From Candidatus Bathyarchaeota archaeon (GTDB lineage: Archaea > Thermoproteota > Bathyarchaeia > 40CM-2-53-6 > RBG-13-38-9): 64,000 nucleotides of DNA. Within the stretch, counting starts at the first letter, position 1. The number at the start of each line of letters is the position of its first letter. This document shows positions 50,275 to 57,595 of the stretch, piece after piece. Both the position numbers and the translations under genes were made by a program. The notes under the pieces were generated by a model. The model was not told where the DNA came from and did no database searches. It was given only the letters and a program-made list of their open reading frames with translations. The DNA is taken from positions 2,378 to 66,377 of the forward strand of contig JAOZGX010000070.1 of the NCBI GenBank assembly GCA_026015185.1, written 5' to 3'.

Positions 50275-50954
50275 TTAACTCCAAAAGAATTGCACTAATT
50301 ACAATATTCGCTGCGTTAACTGCAATCCTGGACTCTATACCTGGAATTCCGCAGTTTACCTCAGGAGTTTGGTATAGTTGGGTATTCTTAATCGAGCCGA
50401 TCGTAGGATTCATATTAGGTCCATTTAACGGATTTCTCTCAGTCTTAATTGGTGTTCTGATTGGGCATTATATATATTTCAGAGACCCTTATGAGTTTAT
50501 ATTTACTTTAGGTGCTCCTATAGGAGCAATGATATCAGGAATGCTTTTTCAAGGCAACAAAAAATTTCCACTTTTACTCTTTACTTTCTTGTTGGTTGCT
50601 TATTTCTTAGCGCCAATTTCATTTAGCTTACGCGCGCGCGCGCTATGGGGAATCTGGGATGTGCTTCTTGCTTTTGTGTTGCTTTTGACGATTACATTGA
50701 TAAAAATCGAAAGAATACGACCGGTGTTTAGTGCTTTTATTGGCCTTGAATCAGATGTGTTGTTTAGAATTTTTCTATTAGTTCCATTGCAGACCTACAA
50801 AATATTCTATGGCTTCAATCTAGAAGCAATGAAGCTAATTTGGACTGCATCGGCTTTTATGACTCCGATTCAAGTAGGCTTATCCTTATTTTTTACAATT
50901 TTAGCGTTCCCACTGTTAAAGAAGGCTACTAGAAGATTTAATCTGCAACTATAA
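50271..50954 (+). CDS. Hypothetical polytopic membrane protein (possibly a transporter S-component-like)
   Basis: 6 predicted TM helices. Translationally coupled to the ATP-grasp gene. Confidence 0.4.
   Translation: MINSKRIALITIFAALTAILDSIPGIPQFTSGVWYSWVFLIEPIVGFILGPFNGFLSVLIGVLIGHYIYFRDPYEFIFTLGAPIGAMISGMLFQGNKKFPLLLFTFLLVAYFLAPISFSLRARALWGIWDVLLAFVLLLTITLIKIERIRPVFSAFIGLESDVLFRIFLLVPLQTYKIFYGFNLEAMKLIWTASAFMTPIQVGLSLFFTILAFPLLKKATRRFNLQL
50631..50643. repeat. Alternating C(GC)6 tract inside the membrane-protein gene, encoding ...SLRARAL...
   Basis: Read directly from the sequence. Confidence 0.9.
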
Positions 50955-51235
50955 GCTTATTTGGTATATTTCTTACTCAAGTTAATGCCCCACCAAGCCC
51001 ACATAGCTCCAAGAATTGTTGCACCAATGAGAAATGTTATCACAAGCAAAGCCAGATTTTGGATAGTACTAAAATTCGACCACATGAATGCTACATGATA
51101 AACAGCATAAGCTAGCCAAGCGAAAAATATTATTATTGAAGCAATAACTCTTGAGGCTAGACCCGGAGGGGTTTTTTTCTATGGCTCATATTTATTACGT
51201 GAAAGTAAAATCTATTTAGATTTTTTCTTTAGCTT

Positions 51236-51889
51236 TCACAAGTAATGTGCTAATTTGGATAGAATCTCATTTTCTAACAGGAATTCTTTTGTATTTGCAT
51301 TCATATCTCGTTTGGAAAGGTAGAAAAGATCCTGTGGGGAGTCTATATCCAGCGATACATTTGGGATCTTAAGAACTTTTGGATAGATTCCTTTCACCAA
51401 TGCTTCTCTCAAATGAAATCTTGGGCTATTCATGCCATACCTAACAGGGATAGCGTTTGGCGGATCAAGCATCATGATATTAGTCCCATCAAATCTATGG
51501 GAAGGAACTAAAACTACTCCTGGTGGTTTATTTAAACCAATTATACGATTCAAATCACTTCTCTTTATTAAAGGCATATCAGCAGGATTAATAAGAATAG
51601 AATTTGCTCCTTTTTTCACGCAATAATCTATACCATTTTGGATCGCGTAATTTATCCCTCTTTGTTCTTTTTCCTTCAGTGTTTTTGCACCGAAATGTTT
51701 TGCTGTTTTGAGAACCGTATTATCATTACTAATTGCTACAATCTCTTCAATATTAGATTCATTTGCTGAATTTAAGACGTCTTTAAACATAGCTAATGTC
51801 AGATATCTTCTTTCTTCTGGACTTAAGCAAGAAGAAAGTCTACTTTTTGAGTGTTTAAGATCCTTTACAGGAATTATCATGAAAGCCAA
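51236..51889 (-). CDS. cofC: 2-phospho-L-lactate (or PEP) guanylyltransferase CofC-like
   Basis: N-terminal 'IIPVKDLKHSKSRLS' MobA-like NTP-transferase pattern. Sits immediately after cofD. Confidence 0.6.
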   Translation of the reverse strand: MAFMIIPVKDLKHSKSRLSSCLSPEERRYLTLAMFKDVLNSANESNIEEIVAISNDNTVLKTAKHFGAKTLKEKEQRGINYAIQNGIDYCVKKGANSILINPADMPLIKRSDLNRIIGLNKPPGVVLVPSHRFDGTNIMMLDPPNAIPVRYGMNSPRFHLREALVKGIYPKVLKIPNVSLDIDSPQDLFYLSKRDMNANTKEFLLENEILSKLAHYL

Positions 51890-51918
51890 AGAGATTACAT
51901 GACCCCTAAAACGAAGTT

Positions 51919-52860
51919 TTATTCCTCTCTCTTTAGTTCCTCACCAATTCTTAATATATTTTCCGCGATTCGCATCTTTTCTTTTAATCCTTTCATCAGG
52001 GTATCGATCACGTAAACATCCATTCTGAGTGATTCTATTTTATCTTTCAAGTGTCGATCAGTTACATCCAAAACAAAAGCATCAATAAAATCCTTATACA
52101 TGTTTGCAATTGAAAATGACGATACTTCTAAACCCATTCCCTTCATCAGCTTATCAAGAGGCCCTTTGATAGGGGAACCTCCTATTAATGGTGTTATAGA
52201 GATGGTTTTTGCTTTAGTCTCTTTAAGTGCTTTTTCAATTCCATCAACAGAAAGTATCGTTCTTATGCTTACAAGTGGATTGCTTGGGCATATGATTATC
52301 AATTCTGCGTTCAATATAGATTCAATTACACCTGGAGTCGGTTTGGCCTTTTTCTTACCCTCAAATAAAATATCACGAACTTGATCTTTTGATGATCTCT
52401 TAACAAGATATTCTTGGAAATGTATATTTCCTCTATCTGTAATAATCCTTGTTTGGAATTTTTCATTGGACATAGGGAGGATTCTAACTTTCAAATTCAA
52501 CAATTTACATAGACGTTCTGTAGCTTCAGAAAGAGTTAGTCCTTTCCTAAGAAAATCGGTTCTTACTATATGCGTTGCTAGATCTCTATCCCCTATATTA
52601 AACCAAGTATCGATGCCGTAATCCTTTAACATATTAAGAAAATTGAAGCTATCGCCTTCAATGCCCCATCCTTTCTTTTTATCTACAATACCAGCTAGTG
52701 TGTATGTAATAATATCGACATCTGGTGATATATGTAAGCCGTATAGTTCGATATCATCTCCAGTATTGACAATTATTGTTATTCTTTCTTCTGGGTGTAC
52801 TCTGGCCAATCCTTCAATAAATCTCGCTGCACCTACACCGCCTGCCAAAGCTACTATCAT
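51919..52860 (-). CDS. cofD: LPPG:FO 2-phospho-L-lactate transferase CofD
   Basis: 'MIVALAGGVGAARF' CofD/UPF0052 N-terminus. 313 aa. Confidence 0.7.
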   Translation of the reverse strand: MIVALAGGVGAARFIEGLARVHPEERITIIVNTGDDIELYGLHISPDVDIITYTLAGIVDKKKGWGIEGDSFNFLNMLKDYGIDTWFNIGDRDLATHIVRTDFLRKGLTLSEATERLCKLLNLKVRILPMSNEKFQTRIITDRGNIHFQEYLVKRSSKDQVRDILFEGKKKAKPTPGVIESILNAELIIICPSNPLVSIRTILSVDGIEKALKETKAKTISITPLIGGSPIKGPLDKLMKGMGLEVSSFSIANMYKDFIDAFVLDVTDRHLKDKIESLRMDVYVIDTLMKGLKEKMRIAENILRIGEELKREE

Positions 52861-53465
52861 AATTTATTTCCCCAGTAATTCAGATAACTGATTTCCTCCA
52901 GATCCTTTCTGGAGGTTTGCAAAGGTTCTTCCTCTGCATAACCGATAGCTATCAAAGCTTGAGGTTCTATATTAGAAGGAATTTTCAGAATCTCTCTTAT
53001 CAAATCTTTACAGAAGAGGGGAGCACAATACCAACAAGAACCTAGACCTTCAATTTTAGCTGCTAAAAGTATATTCTCAATAGCTGCAGCTACGCTTTGA
53101 ATGGCCATAGTATATTCAGCTTCATTTCTTCTATCACTGTAATCATGCATGTCTTTCATTGTTAAACAAACTAAAATCAAAACTGGAGGTTCTGTAAATT
53201 TTCTTATTGATTGGCTAATTAGCACTTTACGAATTTTTTCATCCATCCTATCTGATTTAAGATCGTTTTCCCATTTTTCAGCCATGGTCTTAGCTAACTT
53301 TAGTTTAAGATCAGATTTTGAAATAATTATAAAGCGCCAAGGTTGCGCGTTGTGTGCTGAAGGTGCCCACATAGCAACATTTAATATATTTTGAATTTTT
53401 TTATCTGAGATCTTTTTTTGAGAATATTTTCGTATGCTTCGCCTTTTTCGGAATAGATCCTGCAT
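52857..53465 (-). CDS. Nitroreductase-family flavoprotein, first gene of the cofD-cofC cluster
   Basis: 'RRSIRKY...AMWAPSAHNAQPW' NTR-fold signature. Overlaps the cofD start by 4 nt. Confidence 0.7.
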   Translation of the reverse strand: MQDLFRKRRSIRKYSQKKISDKKIQNILNVAMWAPSAHNAQPWRFIIISKSDLKLKLAKTMAEKWENDLKSDRMDEKIRKVLISQSIRKFTEPPVLILVCLTMKDMHDYSDRRNEAEYTMAIQSVAAAIENILLAAKIEGLGSCWYCAPLFCKDLIREILKIPSNIEPQALIAIGYAEEEPLQTSRKDLEEISYLNYWGNKL

Positions 53466-53544
53466 TTAACGAGCACCAAAAAATTTTGACAAGAAATAAT
53501 GCCTAATATCCAAATTAAGAAACATTTTTATTTAAGATGTTTAA

Positions 53545-53640
53545 ATGTCTCATCCAGACATCCCATCTTTGGGATGTCTCCACAGGAAGGGGCGCTTGCA
53601 CACCGTGTTACTGCCCCTCTTGTGGACTTACTTTTTGCAT
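53545..53640 (+). ncRNA. Candidate small structured RNA: perfect 10-bp/4-nt hairpin plus a long imperfect stem, ending in T5
   Basis: AGACATCCCA-TCTT-TGGGATGTCT (53556..53579), then CCACAGGAAGGGGC...GCCCCTCTTGTGG, then TTTTT at 53632..53636. A TTTTATTTA box lies about 25 nt upstream. The local GC is much higher than in the flanks. Confidence 0.3.
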
Positions 53641-53715
53641 TCCAAGTGCATAAAAGTTTAAAAGTAATATATAGACCCTAGCATCTAAATCTTAAAAAAT
53701 CTTGAGTGGGGTAAA

Positions 53716-55938
53716 ATGCCACGTTATAAAACAACTGCCGATATATTGAAAATCATTAAGAATAAGGACAACATCCGAAAGAAATAGAGTTAGGCTTCGC
53801 CTATATTTCCGGAATATATGGGCATAATTGCCCACGTTGACCATGGAAAAACTACTATGTCAGACTCTCTTCTGGCATCTTCTGGATTACTCTCACCATC
53901 AGTCGCAGGTAAAGCATTAGCTTTGGACTTTATGGAAGAGGAACAAAAAAGACAGATGACGATAAAAGCAGCAAACGTCAGTCTCTTGCATGAGATGAAA
54001 GAGCAATCTTATGTTATAAATCTAATAGACACGCCAGGCCATGTGGACTTCAGCGGAAGAGTCACACGTTCGTTAAGAGCAATAGATGGAGCTGTAGTTG
54101 TTGTTGATGCTGTCGAAGAAGTAATGGTCCAGACAGAGACCGTTACTAGGCAAGCTGTGGGAGAGCGTGTTAGACCTGTATTATATATAAATAAAATTGA
54201 CAGGCTGATCAAGGAGTTAAAATTAACCCCACAACAGATTGAGGAAAAAGTTGCAAGGATAATTAAAGATTTTAATGAATTAATTGAAACCTATGCTGAG
54301 CAAGAGTATAGAGAGAAATGGAAAGTGAACTTTTCAACGAATACCGTTGCTATGGGTTCAGCAAAAGATAGATGGGGTTTCAATTCAGTAATAGCTAAAG
54401 ATAAAAATGTAAAATTCTCAGATGTTGTAGATGCTTATAAGGAGAATAAAGTAGAAGAACTAAAAGAGAAGGTGCCTCTGAATGAGGCCATACTTAACAT
54501 GGTAGTTGAAGCCATGCCTCCGCCTCATGTTGCCCAGAAATATAGAATCTCTAAGATTTGGAGAGGGGATGCAGATAGTGAAATCGGTCAAGCTATGACC
54601 AACTGTGATGACAATGGTCCCGCTGTAATGTGTGTAGCGAACATAGTAGTAGATCCTCAGGCGGGAGTGGTTGCCACAGGTCGTTTATTCTCGGGCACTG
54701 TGCGAGAGGGTGATACAGTTCAATTGATTGGAGCAAAATCCCATTCAAGAATACAGCAAGTCTGCATCTTTATGGGACCTTATAGAGAAGTTATAGGAGA
54801 GATCACTGCTGGAAATATTCCTGCTTTATTAGGTCTAGATGCAGCTAGGGCCGGAGAGACCATCAGTTCAGTAAAGGATACATCACCTTTTGAAGCTGTA
54901 AAATATGTTACTGAGCCTGTTGTGACCTTAGCTGTAGAACCAAAGCACAGCAAAGATCTACCTAAATTAGTCGATACGCTTAAGAAGCTTTCAATTGAGG
55001 ATCCAAACCTTGTTACTACAATAAATGAAGAGACAGGCGAATACCTAATCGCTGGTATGGGAACATTGCATTTAGAGATTGCGACTACTTTAATTCAAAA
55101 AACAGGACTTCAAGTAATAACATCGAAACCTATAGTGATCTATAGAGAAAGCGTTAAAAAGCAAGCCGGACCAATCGAAGGAAAATCACCAAACAAGCAT
55201 AATAGGATTTTCATTAGCATTGAACCACTGAACGATGAGATCGTAGATATGATTAGAAAAGGAGATATCGGAGAATATATGGATCGTGCAGAAATGGCCA
55301 AAATCTTACGAGGAAAGGAATGGCCTGCTGATGAGGCAAAAGGTGTCTGGAGTGTTGATGAGGGATCCAATATGCTAATTGAAGTGACTAAAGGAGCACA
55401 ATTCCTCCAAGAAGTCAAGGATATGGTTACAGCAGGCTATAGATGGGGTTTGAAAGAAGGGCCTATAGCATACGAGCAAATGAGAGGAGTAAAAGTAAAG
55501 ATAGAAGATGTAAAGCTACATGAGGATGCAGTTCACAGAGGACCGGCACAGACTATGCCGATGACAAGGAGAGCGTTCTTCGCATCTTTCCTTTCTGCTG
55601 ATCCTTGCTTACTAGAACCCATACAAAGAATAACCGTTAAAATTGCCCCAGACCTATTAGGAGCAGTTACAAGTGTGATCACACAAAAGAGAGGTAAAAT
55701 TACATCAGTAGACCAAAAAGAAAATCTTGTGAATGTCTATGGAGATCTGCCTACAGCCGAAACATTCGATCTTTCGGAGGCACTCAGAGGCGCAACAGCG
55801 GGTCGTGCATTCTGGGGATTAGAATTCGCCCGATGGTCTCCTGTACCTGCATCTATGATAAATGAAGTCATCAGAGACATAAGAAAAAGAAAGGGTCTTC
55901 CTCCAGAACCACAAAAAGCAGCAGATTTTATGGACTGA
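53716..55938 (+). CDS. fusA: Translation elongation factor 2 (aEF-2); proposed join(53716..53779,53816..55938) after removal of a 36-nt BHB intron. The unspliced ORF would start only at 53818.
   Basis: G-domain AHVDHGKTT, DTPGHVDF, NKIDR; diphthamide loop HEDAVHRGPAQ. The upstream in-frame peptide MPRYKTTADILKIIKNKDNIR matches the EF-2 N-terminus and is separated from the G-domain by an insert with two TAG codons. Confidence 0.85.
53780..53815 (+). other. Candidate bulge-helix-bulge (BHB) intron inside the EF-2 coding region
   Basis: Central helix H is TCCG (53774..53777) paired with CGGA (53810..53813). Bulge 1 is AAA (53778..53780, cut aa|a). Bulge 2 is ATA (53814..53816, cut at|a). The intron-intron helix h' is GAAATA/TATTTC, a perfect 6 bp. 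The predicted cuts remove exactly 36 nt, giving ...DNIRN|MGIIAH... Confidence 0.5.
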
Positions 55939-55965
55939 CGTTTAGCATATGCTACTAAATTTTTT

Positions 55966-56256
55966 CTATTTCTTTACTTTTGAATTTTGAAATTTTGCCA
56001 ATTCCATGAACTTCATAGCCAACTCCGCATCGCCTGACTGAAGAGCATCAATAGAATTTCTTAACATCTCGTCTTTAGTCAAGGGAATAACTCTATCAAT
56101 TGGCTTGAATGTAGCGGATTTAGGCATCATTAATTTTTTTTTGGACAGCTTTAATTTTTGCATAATTTCATTTGAAAGATCTATATCCCCTTCGTCAAGA
56201 GCGATCATTGCATCTCTCAACAATTCTGCTTTAGTTTTTGAGGTTTTTTCAAACAT
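55966..56256 (-). CDS. Hypothetical protein with an internal duplicated helical motif
   Basis: 'DAMIALDEGDIDLSNEIMQKLKL' and 'NSIDALQSGDAELAMKFMELAK' are tandem repeats. Confidence 0.3.
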   Translation of the reverse strand: MFEKTSKTKAELLRDAMIALDEGDIDLSNEIMQKLKLSKKKLMMPKSATFKPIDRVIPLTKDEMLRNSIDALQSGDAELAMKFMELAKFQNSKVKK

Positions 56257-56646
56257 AATTATTTTGTTTCTTATTGATGTTTTTAATATTATTTGGCATG
56301 CTGAGTATAAACAGCAAATCGCTACATACTTTTAGTTATCTCTCTATCTTGCGATGATCTACTCTCAACTTTTTATTATAAATCAAATATCAAAGATCTG
56401 TATGAGATGCTTTTGTATACCAAGATTCAAAATTCATGATCTTATATAATGAGTTTCCCTCCAGCTAAGGAATTTTGGTATAAAGCATCTCTACTATTAT
56501 TTAGAATTACGTTAAATCATTTTTTCTACTAAAATAGGAAAAATATAAATTATAGTAAACGCCTATAACGCAAAAACCAAAATACCTTCAGAGTTATTAT
56601 TTTAAAGGACATAAGTTACAATTCATGGATGCAATAAGGTGGAATC

Positions 56647-57126
56647 ATGGGAAAAGTCAGAAATGAAACGATAAAGAAATTTGCTAGATCTATAATTGAA
56701 AAATATCCTAATAAATTTTCACGAGATTATGAAAATAATAAGAAGCTATTGGAAGAAGTCGCTGATATTCAATCTAAAAAATTAAAAAATAAAATAGCAG
56801 GATACGTTACAACCTTAATTTCAAGAACGCCCAGCGAACCTATAACAGAGCCTACAAAGGAAAGTGTAATCCCGCCAAAAGAAGAAAAAAAGCCTGAAAA
56901 ACCGGTTGAAACTACTGCTGAAAAGAAACTAAAAGAGGAAAAACCGCAAGCTGAACCTGTCGAAGAAGAAAAGGAAATCAAAACAGAAGCTTCAAAAGAA
57001 GAAAAATTAGAAAAGAAAGAAGTAGAAAAGCCGAAAGAAGAGAAGCCTAAAAAACCAGTTAAATCTGCTGCAGAAAAAAAACCTGAAAAAGTAAAACCAA
57101 AAAAACAAGCTAAAGTAGAGAAGTAA
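56647..57126 (+). CDS. rps17e: Ribosomal protein eS17 (S17e) with a ~90-aa Lys/Glu/Pro-rich C-terminal extension
   Basis: N-terminus 'MGKVRNETIKKFARSIIEKY...SKKLKNKIAGYVT' matches eS17. The tail is PEKPKEEKPKKPVK-type low complexity. Confidence 0.8.
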   Translation: MGKVRNETIKKFARSIIEKYPNKFSRDYENNKKLLEEVADIQSKKLKNKIAGYVTTLISRTPSEPITEPTKESVIPPKEEKKPEKPVETTAEKKLKEEKPQAEPVEEEKEIKTEASKEEKLEKKEVEKPKEEKPKKPVKSAAEKKPEKVKPKKQAKVEK

Positions 57127-57151
57127 AAAAAAGAAATCAAAATCCTGATTT

Positions 57152-57508
57152 TTATCTCTGTTTCTTACCGCATGACAAACAATAAAATGATCCCTCTGGA
57201 ATTTTCGCTCTGCAACTTGTACAGTATTTTAATCTTCTTGTTTCAATATTCTGCTTTTTTCTTGATCTTATGAACATAATTAAAATGAAACATATCCAAA
57301 TAACAAAGGCCCAAAATACAGCATTTGTTATTGCATACAACCATTTCCAAACAGGTATTTCTCGAACCATATAGTCACTTATGGGAATTTTCAAAATGTC
57401 ATGAATCAAACTTCCAGGAAAGATTGTTCCTGGAGGGATTTCAGGAATAGCCAGACCAATCGATAGAATAAAAATGAAGCATATTATATACACTAAAGCA
57501 TCAATCAA
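57152..57508 (-). CDS. Membrane protein with a C-terminal zinc ribbon
   Basis: Two TM helices, then CTSCRAKIPEGSFYCLSCGKK. Confidence 0.35.
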   Translation of the reverse strand: MIDALVYIICFIFILSIGLAIPEIPPGTIFPGSLIHDILKIPISDYMVREIPVWKWLYAITNAVFWAFVIWICFILIMFIRSRKKQNIETRRLKYCTSCRAKIPEGSFYCLSCGKKQR

Positions 57509-57595
57509 GTCTGAACTCCGATTTATAGCTAGTTGATTAAAAGCTATAAATCTTCGTATAGAAAATTATAGGCGATAAGGATTAAGTTGAATTTA

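Noticed and set aside
53499-53681. 60-aa ORF upstream of EF-2 as a protein-coding gene
   Set aside because: It coincides with the GC-rich hairpin element. Its composition reflects RNA structure, and it has no RBS or conserved features.
53716-53830. Reading the two in-frame TAGs in the EF-2 insert as pyrrolysine codons or as a translational-bypass gap
   Set aside because: TAG is used as an ordinary stop elsewhere in the window (e.g. pdxA at 14795..14797, RAM gene at 18303..18305). No take-off/landing codon pair flanks the gap. The BHB geometry fits the 36-nt boundaries exactly.
53818-55938. EF-2 diphthamide loop 'HEDAVHRGPAQ' as evidence of a diphthamide-less EF-2 paralogue
   Set aside because: From memory, HRGPAQ is the normal archaeal consensus (eukaryotes have HRGGGQ). 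The loop looks canonical and is not flagged.
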